Of a DNA stretch of 64,000 nt, positions 13,050-25,987 are shown piece by piece. The first letter of the stretch is position 1. Each line of letters starts with the position of its first letter. Where the stretch lies: assembly GCF_018977255.1 (NCBI RefSeq), contig NW_024704742.1, forward strand, positions 80,354,001 to 80,418,000. The letters run 5' to 3'. The DNA is from Callorhinchus milii. Taxonomy: Eukaryota. Under the pieces are notes generated by a model. The model was not told where the DNA came from. It worked only from the letters and a program-made list of their open reading frames with translations, and did not search any database. Made by a program: the position numbers and the translations under genes.

Positions 13050-13605
13050 ATTTGAGCTGACTATTGGAAGATCGCAAATCTATTGGAATTAAAGAAATCA
13101 GACCATGTGCACTGAAGGGAGAGTTAGCAGAATGGATTTGAGAGATGGCTGGAAAATAGAAAACAGAGTAAGAGTATAGGGCAGCTTCTTGAACTGGCAA
13201 AAAGTAAGAATTCATACCAGTTCCACTACTGGTCACAATATCTATACATGATATGGACTGAGATACAGGAGATATGGTGTCGAAATTACTAAATGACACC
13301 AAATTGGGGGTATGATAAATAGTGAAAAGGATTGCAAAACAATGCAGGAAGACATAAATAGGCTTGCAAAATGGGCAGATACGTGGCAGGTGACATTTAA
13401 TATAGGGTAATGTGTATTGATTAAGTTTGACAGGAAGAATTACGGTTCACAAATACTCTGGATGATAGGAACCTGAGAGCGGTAGAGGAACACATTTGGG
13501 TCCACCTCCCCCAAAGGATTCCAAGGGTTCAGAATCACAGGACTAACAAGATCAGCAAGATCAGGCAGCAAGATCAAGTGAATAAGGTCATAAGGAATAC
13601 CAATA
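13050..13605 (+). mobile_element. Decayed CR1 RT fragment
   Basis: Reads RPCALKGELAEWI, DTKLG, QEDINRLAKWADTWQVTFN-like segments. Confidence 0.75.
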
Positions 13606-14469
13606 GAAAAAAAACAACAATCAAGCACAAAGGGAACATGAATCCACATGGATTCCAACAGGGAAGATCTATCAAGCGAATCAAAGAAAATTGAAATAAA
13701 TTGCCGAAGATTACAGACCTTCATGACAACGGCAGATCCAGACATCAATAACCAGTCTTTCTATCAATTATCTTTCTGTCAACTGCAATGGATTTGGTGG
13801 CTAGAATTAGAACAAGGTTTTTTTGGGTGGGAGGGGGCAATCAGAACAAGGTGAGATCAGATCCTGACTCTAGTGAAAGTGCATTAAATTTCTCCTGACG
13901 TTTCTGATGGATTTTCTCATCCAAATTAGAAATTGATTTATGTAAGTCCTGCTATAAAATTATGGAAGCACCCTTAGATCTCAGTAATGTAATTAGACTG
14001 TAAATGGGGATTATGACTATGTTGGAGAATCAATAAAGTCACAGATTCCATTTACTTTTATGGTTGCCGCCTTTATCGGTGGCTGTGATAGACGATGATG
14101 ATTCAATCGAGCTGTGTTAACTGTTTTAATTACTTTGGGTCAGAAAAGCAATGGCTTGCAACAGGACTCACAAACAGTGTCTCAGAACCACTGTCATAGA
14201 ATCCTACTGATAACTTAAAGTACCTCAGGGCAAACTCACAGGATTCTCTCAATTTAATTCTAGTACTTCAAATTTACTTTGCCATGTGATATTACTGGTT
14301 ACTGGCAACCTACATCCGATGTCCAATGCAGTGTGCTCTGAATGCACCATTGGCTAACTCACTCATCCCTCCTCTCCATAACTTGGCATTATTCCAAACT
14401 TAGCGTTCCCTGTGTCGCAGTCCAAGATGCTATGCTACATGAAACACACTATAAATGCACATTGTTTTT

Positions 14470-14962
14470 GTTGCTGGGAGCGTGCTTCATTGTTAGAGGT
14501 GACATCCTTCAGATGAAATATTAGATCGCCTGTTCATGTGGATGTTAAAGACTCCATGGCACTATTCAAAAAGAGAAGGGAGTTTCTTGCAGTGTTCTGG
14601 CCCACTTAAAATTGATCATTCCTTTGATAGTTTGTGGGACATTGTTGTGCACAAATTGACTGCTCACAAAGTACAGTCACTCCGCTTTACAGTTTGTCCT
14701 GTGATGCACTTGGAGACATCCTCCCAATGCAAAGCTGTTTCACGATGTAACGATGATTCTTATTTCCTTCATAATAAAAATATAAATAAAAGTAATAATA
14801 ATTTGGTCACTCAATCGATGACTTTTTGTGGGACTCTGCTTTGTGGAATTGGTTGCAGCATTTCATCCACAAAGTATACAGTCAATTCACTTTACAGAAT
14901 ATTCTTTGAAGCACTTGTGAAGGCACTATATCAAATGCAAGGATTATTATTGTTATTATTGT
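14470..14962 (+). mobile_element. Deu-SINE fragment followed by a truncated tRNA-SINE tail
   Basis: ccttcagatgaa...ccatggcactattcaaaaagag; second tail ending atcaaatgcaaggattatt. Confidence 0.7.
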
Positions 14963-15940
14963 TTTGAAAAAATGGGAAAATGAGACTTGTGATTTGTAAA
15001 CTATTAAAAAACGCTAATTATGATATCACGTAACAAACTTCTCATCCCACAATATATCAGGAGATGGAAACATAAGCTAAATATCTGTTTGCAATTTTAA
15101 CAATTAATTTAACAAAATTATATTTATTGCAGGAAATATTCAGAAATATGACAAGTGTTTTTTTTAGTGACCACGCAACTTCACAATGACAGCTTAATCC
15201 AAGTAATCTGAATGACCGTAGTGAACTATTGAATCAAGTGCTATTTACTCAGAAGATGTCAACCAGTCACAACAAATGCATGGCTGAATCTGGTATCTCC
15301 CTTGACAAGCGGATATCATGAAGTTGACTGCTGGTCAGTGCTGTCACATCGCAAATTGGTTTCTGTTAACGCTGTGACCCTGGAGCCCAATATGCATGAG
15401 TTTAGACACTAAATCTACATAATTCTTCTATCAATGTACTGCAGCTTGCTGGCTTCAGACAAATTTCTCTTTGCTCTGTTCTGTGGTACCTACCTGCCAT
15501 TGATGGACACAACAAAAAGAATACAATGAAGTCGACTTACTATCTTCCGCTTTTGTACTGATTGGCAAAGAATTCCAATCCCGGAAGCTTTCCTATTGAT
15601 TTCACAAACAAATCAAATCCATATGCTTCACATTGTATCCTGATTAAAAATAAATCATGGCAAGTCCTGATCAATGTGCTTTGTTTCCAACGTTGCTAGC
15701 GTATTCAGTTATGATATAAGGCTGAATTGTACTCTATTCATTGTGGAGAATGGTATTCAGCTCCATTTCATGTTGGTAAAGGTTTCCAAGTTAAAGTATT
15801 TGAATTGCATTCAGATCATTTGGGATCTCACATAGTCCTTTCACATTTTCGGTGGTTGTGCCTGTTTGAAGTCACTAATGCTTTTATCTTGCTGTCTAGA
15901 TCAATAGCAGACATAAATATATATATAAATAAATATAAAT

Positions 15941-16250
15941 GGAGACTGTAGCGCAGTGGTTAGAGCACTCGCTCTGCAAGCAAGAGACCTGGATTCGATT
16001 CCCGGCAGGGTGAAACCTTGGGCAAGTTTCCTTACTCCACACGCCTGATAATAATCCCTCAAGAAAAAAAGTAATAAATTGGTCATTTCAATCCATGACT
16101 GTTTGTGGGACACTGCTTTGCTCAATTGGCTGCCGCGTTTCGCCCACAAAATATGCAGTCAATTCACCTGACAATCTATTCTGTGAAGCATTTTGAGAGA
16201 TCTAGAAGACATGAAAAGCGCTATATCAAATGCAAGGATTATTATTATTA
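15941..16250 (+). mobile_element. tRNA-Ala-derived SINE, short form, full length, TSD tataaat
   Basis: A/B boxes, body and (ATT)n tail; tataaat at 15934-15940 and 16249-16255. Confidence 0.92.
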
Positions 16251-16422
16251 TAAATAAGGCTGGCAATTTATTCTGACTGTAAAACTGTGAGACATTTCAC
16301 CAACGTTCAAAAATCATTTTTCACAGACACATGGTAATTCTTGAATGAGGCCAATGTGAGTTTAATTTCTCAGGTGTGGGGTGAACCTGTAATAGCAAAA
16401 GCAACACAACAACCATGGAGGG

Positions 16423-16466
<44 letters not shown>

Positions 16467-16555
16467 CCTTGCATTTGATAAAGCGCTTTTCATGTCTTCT
16501 CGACGTCTCAAAGCACTTCCAGAATAGACTGTAAAGTGAATTGACCATATATTTG
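16423..16555 (-). mobile_element. 5'-truncated SINE with long (AAT)n tail
   Basis: About 14 AAT units followed by the reverse complement of the SINE 3' stem-loop. Confidence 0.88.
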
Positions 16556-17019
16556 TGAATTTATTGTGGGATTTATATAAATATAAAATTATGGGATGTA
16601 TGCAATGGTCTTGCAGGCAGTGCTTGCTACTCCTCTTACAGACTTGTGCTCTTGCAATTCCCCTTGCTCTAACTATTAACCAACCTCAGGCTAGTAGCAT
16701 ATAGTCTAGGCTCATGTTCCCTGGCCAGGCCAGGGTCTTTACCTTCCAGCCCCGGGTGTCGTCACCTCCTGAACAAAGCAGTCGTCTTCCTCGCCCTAGT
16801 TCCTCGTGCAAGCAATCCCAGAATTCTGGGTTGCTTAGGTTGACCAAAGGAAAATTTCGGAGACTCATGGGCCTGTTTGCTTCAGGAAAGTTGCAGTACA
16901 TTAAGGCCAAGGACAGTGGAAAAAATGTTTACAAAATACAAAGTTTTAACATCATCGTTGATAAGATGTTGTTGTTAGCTACACAATGGACGTTAAATCT
17001 GTGATACTCAGGCTTGTTT

Positions 17020-17400
17020 GAAATAGACTGCTGGAATATTGATAAAGGTGAGGGGATGTTGACAACTATGGATTTTGGTGACAGGGGGAATCTATCTGAC
17101 TCAAAATATGTTTTTGTGGAGCTGAATGCCAGATGTCTTTACAAGGTCGATTTGTATGATTTTATAAGATATAAAGGTAGGGATAATTTTCAATGACAGA
17201 AGAAAGGCAGAGATTTGGAAAATGGACTAACTACATGTAACCAACATCTTAAAAGGATTTACAAGAAGAAAAAGATTGAGACAACCATCAACAATCTGAT
17301 CAACGATCGACACTTAAAATAACAATCCTGGTACCAGTGGTCAGTTGATTCTCCCTCCACTTCTTCCACAACATTGGTCTGGCCAACTTTACTTGTTATG
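17020..17400 (+). pseudogene. Possible Penelope-like RT N-terminal fossil
   Basis: IDKGEGMLTTMD...NLSDSKY, KKIETTINNLI and a YLL segment occur in the order of PLE RT motifs ADKGGAVV..QLSD..Y / I..LI / FYLLPKIHK; very diverged. Confidence 0.35.
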
Positions 17401-17465
17401 AATTGTACCAAGTATTACTTTTGATTAATTAAATTATTGTAACCTGCATAACCTTGCTAATTCAT

Positions 17466-17786
17466 GGAGTCCTGTAGCTCAGTGGTTAGAGCACTTGCCT
17501 CGCAAGCGAGACACCTGGGTTCAATTCCAGGCAGGGCGAAACCTTGGAGAAGTTTCCTTACTCCACACGCCTGATAATAATCCCTCCAAAACAAAAAAAA
17601 TAATAAATTGGTCATTTTTAATCTACAAATGTTTGTGGGACACTGCTGTGCGCAATTGGCTACCGCGTTTCGCCCACACATATATGGTCAATTCACGTTA
17701 CAGTCTATTCTGTGAAGCGCTTTGAGACATCGAGAAGACATGAAAAGTGCTATATCAAATGCAAGGGATTATTATTATTATTATTA
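17466..17786 (+). mobile_element. tRNA-derived SINE, short form, full length
   Basis: ggagtcctgtagctcagtggttagagc head, B box, (ATT)n tail. Confidence 0.93.
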
Positions 17787-18098
17787 GAATTTGTATTAAC
17801 AAATATCAATTGATTCAAGAATTTTTGTTGGTCCTTACTTCAACCACAGGGTCATGAATTTATTAAAACCCTACAGTCGTGACTGCTATATTAAACATTA
17901 TAAACATATGCATTTGTATTGTTTATACTTTGGCTACTGTATTTCTATTGCTTCCCTGATGGACTGTGGACCTAGGATTCCAGCTGAGCGGTTACACAGG
18001 TTTTTATAGGAGTCTGTCATTTGGTCAGAAAACCTGAAGTTTACTCTGAACAGTCTCCATCTGTGTTAGAGAAAGGCTAACTTAACATAATAATGAAT

Positions 18099-18468
18099 AT
18101 AATAATCCTTGCATTTGATATTGCGCCTTAACACGTCTTCGAGATGTTTCAAAATGCTTCACAGAATATACTGTAAAGTGAATTGACTGTGTATTTTGTG
18201 AACAAAACAAGGCAGCCAATTGTGTACAGCAGTGTCCCACAAACAGTCGTGGACTGAAGTGAACAATTTATTATTATTTTTTTTGAAGGAATTATGACCC
18301 CCGGAAAAGCTATCCACCAATCAACTAACAACGTAGCTCCTATTTACTGCTAGGTAAACAGAGGCATGTGGAGTAAGAAAACTTGCCCAACATTTCGCCC
18401 TTCCCGGAAACAAACCCAGGTCTCTCGCTTGCGAGGCGAGTGCTCTAACTACTGAGCCACAGGACTCC
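18099..18468 (-). mobile_element. tRNA-derived SINE, long form
   Basis: Reverse-complement head at 18420-18468 plus the extra central segment ctgtttacctagcagtaaatagg...gttgttagttgattgg. Confidence 0.9.
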
Positions 18469-20149
18469 ACATATACTGTACTTGCAAAATGTTCTGCATT
18501 CCCATCACTCTTGCCTTTGCGAAGCCCCGTAGAACACTGTTATGCAGTGGATTCTAGGTAGATTCCAAGATCCATGTTTTTTAATCCATCTATTACATCA
18601 TTCCACCTTGACTGTGCATCATCTCCATTTGTAGTCTATATGTTTCTAATTTACTGCTTGTGTCCCACTTCCCCAAAATAAACCGATTTCCTAGGCACCG
18701 AGGTGCTATCCATTGGAATTCTCTTTCAAAATCATTTACCAAGGCTATTTTTCTCCCCGAGTAGCAACTTTGATCACTCTCGATTGGAACTTCGATTGCT
18801 CTAGCCTTCTCCTATGCTTTCCTCTGTGCCCACCATCCTTAGGGTGAATGATGCTATTTAAACACTAGCAATAACACAATAATTTGGCAGATATGGATTA
18901 TTTTACACGTATATCTATGTGTAAATATTTTAGTCAAATCCACCACAATAATTACTTTAAAGTCAACAGTAGAAAAAAGTTTGGTTTGAAACCCGCATTG
19001 CCTCTAATCTGACTTTTATTTCCTTTCCTTTCCTCCTTCTTCTGCTTGATAGCAGAGAATTCAGTAGAGAACTGGGCAGCCTGAGGTATTGTGAGCACTG
19101 TGATATGCAACTGAATCTCATTATTTCATGTACCAGACAAGATAAAAAGCATTAAAGATCGAGCCAAACTTCAGCATGAACCATGACAGATTATCCCATT
19201 CATCTCTACTTATCAACACTATTCTCCCCATGTTAATATTGATGAGATGGTTGAGGTGCATTCCTCACACCTGTGTTCCTTTCTTTGTATTTGATACCAT
19301 CTGTCAGATCTTGATAGTCTATCCAATTGAAAATAATGTCTTCAGAAGGATGCCATCTCGCACTGACCTGTGCTGGAATAATACATTTTTAAACTGTTTC
19401 ATTGGATAGTACTGAAAAAGAATTTGCCTTCCCTGGAGTCCCCTTGCATTCCTTTTATTTCAGGTCATCTTCAGCTATATAATATCTGGCTTCCTCGTTT
19501 TACAATATTGAATAATGAACTGACACCCTTCCAAGACTTGTCGCGATGTGCTTCCATTTCTCAGTCCATTTAATTTTATGAATCTTAATTTGTCTACTTT
19601 TTACCCTCCTTGCAACTTTCACAGTTTGTGGTCTTTTCTGAGGTAAAACACTAAAACCCACATTAATTTAATTCGCCCACCTGCATATTTTTCCTCCCCA
19701 TTAAATTTCATGATGAGCTTGCAACTTTTAGTAGTTATTCATCATGAATAGTCATTTACTGGCACAATTTAATGTAGCCGGTGCAACAGAGCAAAATATA
19801 CATTTATCGGGCTTTACTCCAGTGGTGCAATAATTGTTGATTTAATTAAAAACCATATGCTACAATTTCAGCCATTTATTTTAAGGTTTTGCACTTCAAG
19901 GCTCCTAGTGCTTTAGATGTTACTCTCCACTGGATGAATGGGCATTAATATCGGTACACAATTAGTGATGCATAGCTGGAGAAGGGAAAAAGATAGAACA
20001 ATGTATTAAGGATCAAAAATCAAGGGATGAATTGTCCTTTTACACAAGTGGAAATCTATTAGATATGGGTGAAAATCTGAGCATCTGATCTTGAACATTT
20101 CAGGAGAATCTGCTAAGAACATACTAACTTTAATTTCATTCTTTATATC

Positions 20150-20480
20150 TGGCTCAGTGTGGCTCAGTTGGCAGCACTTGCTCTGTCAGATGGTCGTGGA
20201 TTCAAGACGTTAACTCATAAAATCCAAGTTGACGCTCCAATGCAATGGTGAGGGTGTGCTCCATTGCCACAGGTGCCATTCTTCAGATGACACATTAAAC
20301 CAAGGTTACCTGTTCAGATGGATGTTAAGGATCCCATAGCACTATTTGAAAAGAGAAATTAGTTTATTCCTGTATTCTGGCCAACACTTCCAAATAAAAT
20401 GTATCATTGTTTGTGGAACATCGCTGTGTGCAAAATGGCTGACACAGTAGTTTACAAAACTCACAGTCACTGCACTATTT
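20150..20480 (+). mobile_element. Old Deu-domain SINE
   Basis: ggctcagttggcagcact head, cttcagatgacacattaaacc, ggatcccatagcactatttgaa. Confidence 0.75.
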
Positions 20481-20678
20481 TAATACTCTGTTTTAATACC
20501 GCATCATAACATGATTTTAAAAAAGAATGAGTCCAATGTTCTGACCCCAACCACCCTTTCTGTTCCAATCATTAATTTACCCTCCAGTAAAGAACTCTGG
20601 TGGCTGTCCTGGAATCGTCCTAAAGCTATGTCCTGCTTTATCATTGCATCTGAAAATATTATTCTAGCTTCCCATTTA

Positions 20679-20860
20679 ATAATAATAATAATCCTTGCAT
20701 TTGATATAATACATTATTATGTGGTTGCATCACCACAAAGCACTTCCCAAAATATACTGTAAAGTAGATTGACTGCACTTTGTGGGTAAAACACACAGCC
20801 ACTTGCACACGGCAGTGTCCCACAAACAGTTGTGGATTGAATGACCAAGTTATTATTTTT
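20679..20860 (-). mobile_element. 5'-truncated SINE tail
   Basis: aataatccttgcatttgatat...cccacaaacag. Confidence 0.8.
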
Positions 20861-23265
20861 TTTAAATGCTTACGGACTAAAGGGTTTATTACATTTATAT
20901 AATAGCGCGACACAATTAAACGTTTTCACTTCAACTTTTACAATCAGATATTTACTCATTCACGTTGTTTGTTGTGCTTTAGGATATCATTTAAAATTTT
21001 AATCAAAGTGCTTGGCACAATGTACATTTTCTCAACAATCCCCAGATAAAATTGTTCATTTACTTCATGGCTGTTTGTGGACCTTGCTGTACATGAATGC
21101 TCACAATGCATTGAAGTGCAGCAAATAAATCAGGTAAAGATCATGGAAATTGATCCTAGTGAATAAATTTAACAATATGCCATCCGCTCCTATGATATAA
21201 GAAAATTATATAAAATGAAACATTTCCTAAGTAATTTAATGTGATCTTATTCACCTCAAAATTAACATTTTGACCATTATTTTCCTGGATGCATTGGGTT
21301 ATCTTAAGGAAAATAATTAATCTATACCATTTATCTTGAAAATTGTTGACCGGCAACACCAATTTTCAAGATAAATAATACTATACTCTTCCAATTGTTT
21401 TTGAGATCTAAATGGAACAAACATTTGCCCACAATCAGAGACATCAAATACATTAGATATTTTCTGCTCCTTGTTTAAGCTAACAGGCTGTACAATAGCC
21501 GTTAACTGTTTTGTGTAGCGCTCTATTCTGAAGGAACCGATGATCACTTTTAGTAAGGCGCCGGCTATTTTAAAAAAATGCAATTTCCATGCCTCAAAGA
21601 GTCACTCATGAGCTGCCCTGCCCTCCCATCAAAGTGTTATTAGCAACCAAATTCTTTGTCCATAAAATGAACATAGTCAAATTACTTTAGAGTGAATTGC
21701 TTTGAGAGGTCTCGGTGATGTGATCAGGCGTTATATCAAAAGCAAGGATTACTATCATTAAACAAATTTTTGTAGTTGTTTCTTAGCAAGTTTGGTAGTG
21801 GGTTCAAATCATTCGCCAAACGTACACAGTAAAGAAAGGGAAGAAAAGATCAAGGTGCATTTTCATGGAGCCATGTAGCTGAAATAAGCTGCCAAGGACC
21901 CTTGCTTGATTTTCTTATCCTCTTTGCAAGCTTGTGCTTGTAAAGGATTGGAATTACAGTGCCGGAAAACAGAGCATTCCCCACTTGGCACACGTGAGGT
22001 CTAATTTGCCACTTTTGTGAACTGTGTGTAAATGCATGTGTCATTCTGTATTCCTGTTATTTGGACATTGCAGATTTTTATTCAGTGATGTGTATCGGTA
22101 TTATGTGTCACTGGGTGACTGATTATTTACGTGTCATTCCAACATGCTTTGATTTTCCCTATTCCTTGTATCAAGAGAACCAGGGAGGGATTACCCTGCA
22201 GTTTAAAAGAGTCGGTTTCTTAACTCAGGAAAAGATTAATCGGTTTTGAAAATGTCAAAAATGTGTATATGGTATCTCGGTGAAAAAGGTGCAAAAAAAA
22301 CTTTTCACTGGGAGCACAGTACACTGGGTAATTGAATGGTATTATAGTTAAGTGGACAGCTCATCAATGAAGGTGGGCTCTGTCTGGTTCTTTACACTAG
22401 TTTAGCAGTGCCATTTCAGAGTATTGCAGCACTGCAGAGAGGGACTGTGAACAACCTACTGCTCCAATTGCACTGAGATACAAGGCAAGCTGTTTGAGGA
22501 TTGCAAGGTCAAATATCAGGTAACCTTGAGCTTTGTTTCCATGAATACTGCCAATTATTCAACATTTTCAGATTTGTATAATTATGCTCTTATTCATACT
22601 TTCTGTGCTTGACATTTATAGTTTCATATGACATATGAAGTATGGAATCTATTGTTAAGGTCTCCACTGCTGTTAAGCCCTTAAATGTATCTGGGAGCTT
22701 TTTATTTGTCAAATCTCCTTCCACTTTTCATTCATAGAGACAGGTGAAATAGTAATTGTGATTGTTATAATTACAAGATCAGAACACAGGTTCAGATTGA
22801 AATGCTCTTCATGCTATTTTGATCTCATTCTTCTGATTTATTCAGGAAATACTGGCCTACTTCAGCCCAAATTAGTCCAGCGCCCGTGAATAAGTCCTGA
22901 AAAGCTGATTTTTTCATTCACAAATGCTAATGGAGGCCCAAAGATTTCAATAAGCCATTTGCGAGCAAAGTAAGCTCTCTCTCTGAATCAATTACAATAA
23001 AATGTATATTAATATGGTGCTTTTCCCATCCAGAGGAAGGTCTCAAATGACAATGCTGGCTGTGCACCTATGTTGGGAGTGCGAGCTGAGGGAGATGGGA
23101 AAGGTAAAGATGACCAAAAGTGCGAGCATCGTAATTGTGCAGGCAGCATAATTCACAGGATGCTGCCCTAACTCATATATAGTCATGCCAGGATCCTCTC
23201 AATAAGATTGTTTTCTTGGCTGGTGAATGATCCCAGCTAAGCTGGAATCCAAGATGCCACTGTGC

Positions 23266-24731
23266 AACAATAACAACAAGATTTCATTTATAGAGCGCCT
23301 TTCACATCGGGAGGACGTCCCAAGGCGCTGGACAGTTGGGTCAGGACCCGAGCAGGGGGGAAATGGTCAGGGTGAGGGGAGGGAAGGGAAGGAGCGAGGA
23401 GGGGATAGAGAGTCGACAGGGGAGCTGAAGGCATGGTCAAAGAGAAAGGTTTTGAGACCGGCCTTGAAGGAGGAAAGGGAGGAAGCAAGGCGAAGGCACT
23501 GGGGATGGAGTTCCAGAGCCTTGGGACTGAGAGGCTGAAGGCCCGACCACCGATGGTAGGGCGGTTGGGGTGGGGGATGTGGAGCAGACCGGAGCCAGAG
23601 GAACGGAGGGTATGGGCAGGTAAGTAGGGGGATAGTAGGTCGGAGAGATAGGAAGGAGCAAGGCCGTGAATGGCCTTGTAGGTAAGGATGAGGATCTTGA
23701 ATTCGATCCTGTGGGGGTTGGGGAGCCAGTGGAGGCGAGCGAGGGTGGGAGTGATGTGGTCCCGAAGCCTGGTGTGGGACAGTACACGAGCTGCAGAGTT
23801 CTGAATGACCTGCAGCTTGTGGAGGGAGGTGCCGGGAAGGCCGGCGAGGAGAGAGTTCCCATAGTCCAGCCTTGAGGTGATAAAGGCGTGGACCAGAGTT
23901 TCAGCAGCGTGAGGGGTGAGGTAGTGCCGTAGTCTGGCGATGTTTCGGTGGTGATGGAAGGCGGTGCCAGTTGTGGCGCGGATATGAGGAAGAAAGGACA
24001 GCTCAGGGTCGAACAGAACGCCGAGGTTCCTGAGTGGCTTTGAGAGGTGGAGAGTGCAGCCTTGGATGCTGATGGTGTCAGCGCCTGAGGTGCGGAGGCG
24101 CTGACGTGAGCCAATCAGGAGGGCCTCAGTTTTGCGTACGTTGAGCTGAAGAAAGTTGTCTCTCGTCCAGGACTCGATGTCGGACAGGCAGTCTGTCCGG
24201 ACATCGGTGGTCGTGGAGTTGAGGATAGAGAAGAAAAGGTAGAGTTGGGTGTCATCCGCATACATGTGGAAGTTAACCCCATGTCTGTGGATGATGTCAC
24301 CACAGGGGAGCATATAGAGGGTGAAACGGAGGGGACCGAGGACAGAGCCCTGAGGGACACCGCACGAGACAGTGCGGGGGCTGGAGGGAAAGCCGTTTGT
24401 GGAAACAAAATGAAGACGGTGGGAGAGGTATGACCTGAACCACTCAAGGGCAGGGCCTTGAAGGTTGAGGTGGGAGGACAAGTGGTGGAGGAGGATAACG
24501 TGGTCGACTGTATCAAATGCTGCCGATAGGTCGAGGAGGACGAGGGAGCCCTGGTCACAGATGGTTAAGATTTCATTGGTGACCTTGACCAGGGCAGTTT
24601 CTGTGCTATGGGCAGTACGGAAACCCGACTGAAGGGGTTCGAATAATGCGTGGGTGGAGAGGAAAGAGCGCAGCTTGGAGGCGACAACTCTTTCAAGGAC
24701 CTTGGATAGGAAGGGGAGGTTGGAGATGGGC
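23266..24731 (-). mobile_element. Relatively young 5'-truncated L2 LINE with uninterrupted RT/C-terminal reading frame
   Basis: 481-aa ORF 23288-24733 containing [45 protein letters not shown]; 3' stem-loop and (TTG)n tail. Confidence 0.96.
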
Positions 24732-25569
24732 AAGACTTTTGTGTAGGTTTGTATTCATGTTTCAGAAGTCAGGAGAGGAAGAGGGGGTTATTTTTCGAAG
24801 CATCTTTTAGCCTTATTCCTTTCATAAAGAATCGAATATATTTATGAATACCTAATTTAATTACAAAGTTTCTCAAAGTGGGCTGGCACATCACCAATGA
24901 ATTTGCTTATTGTGTTATCTAGATTTTAGGGTTTTATTTTGCATGCTTTTGCGAGAGGAACATGTCAGGTTGTCAAATGCATGACAAATTTATTTTAACA
25001 ACTAGAAATGTAACTTTAAGGTGTTACAGAGTTGATTTTGCCCTTTCCAGCTCTGTTGAGTTTTCAGTTTGTTCCCTTTGTTTGAGCTCAGTGACTGACT
25101 GTGGATTTGATCTGTCAAAAATACACTTGAGAAGCAGAAGTCATTTTCTGCAGTAAGATGCACAAACAGGAGTTTTATCTTTGAATAGACAAGAATCTGT
25201 CAGTCACTGTGAAATTTTCATGCTAAGGTCTCCATTTAAGCCTCCATTTAAATCTGCTCTAAAGTGCAGTACTTGGTACATAGAGATAAGCATGATGAGT
25301 TATAAATCGCATCCTACTACGCATTGGATTAAAATGCATCAAACTTTTCAGAGTTATACAATGTCATCAGATAGTGGAATAATTATTCTTTTTGTCCTTT
25401 CTCTTACTATTGGCTGAGGATTAGTGTTAAGTTTATTGTCATGTTCCTGTCATACTAATGTATACCAGTGAAAGAATGTAGTCTCAACCTGCACAGTCAT
25501 CAGTCTACTATCCTTGACTTAAGTAATTTCTATTACTGCCGTACCATTCATCAGTGCTTAGCATAGATG

Positions 25570-25860
25570 GTAATAATAATTCTTGCATGGATGTAGCATC
25601 TTATCACATTGTCAAATGTCTCACAGGATTTGTTGTAAAGTGTAACTTTGTGACTGTGTAACTCGTAGGTAAACATGGCAGCCAATTTACACACAGCAAT
25701 GTCCTACAAGCAGTAATAGCTAGTCTTATTTGGGGTAATCTTGGCCAGCACAGTGGAAGGAACTCCAGTTAATAGTCCCACGGGACCTTTGACGGGATCT
25801 TTGACGTCTATCTCAATGAGCAGATGGGATCTCAGTTTAACGTCTCATCCGAAGTACAAC
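25570..25860 (-). mobile_element. Old Deu-domain SINE fragment
   Basis: Reverse complement of ggatgagacgttaaa, ttgctgtgtgtaaattggctgcc, atgcaag tail. Confidence 0.65.
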
Positions 25861-25987
25861 AATGTACTGGTCATGGGATTTGCCTGCAAAATACAAACTC
25901 ACTACACTTTTCAGTAAAATCTAGTAAAGCACTTGGGGATATATTCCCAATTTGAATGGTACTATATCAAAAGTAAGGATTATTATT

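Noticed and set aside
19455..19475. Hammerhead-like ctgaaga...gaaa on the minus strand
   Set aside because: No stem II pairing and no stems I/III
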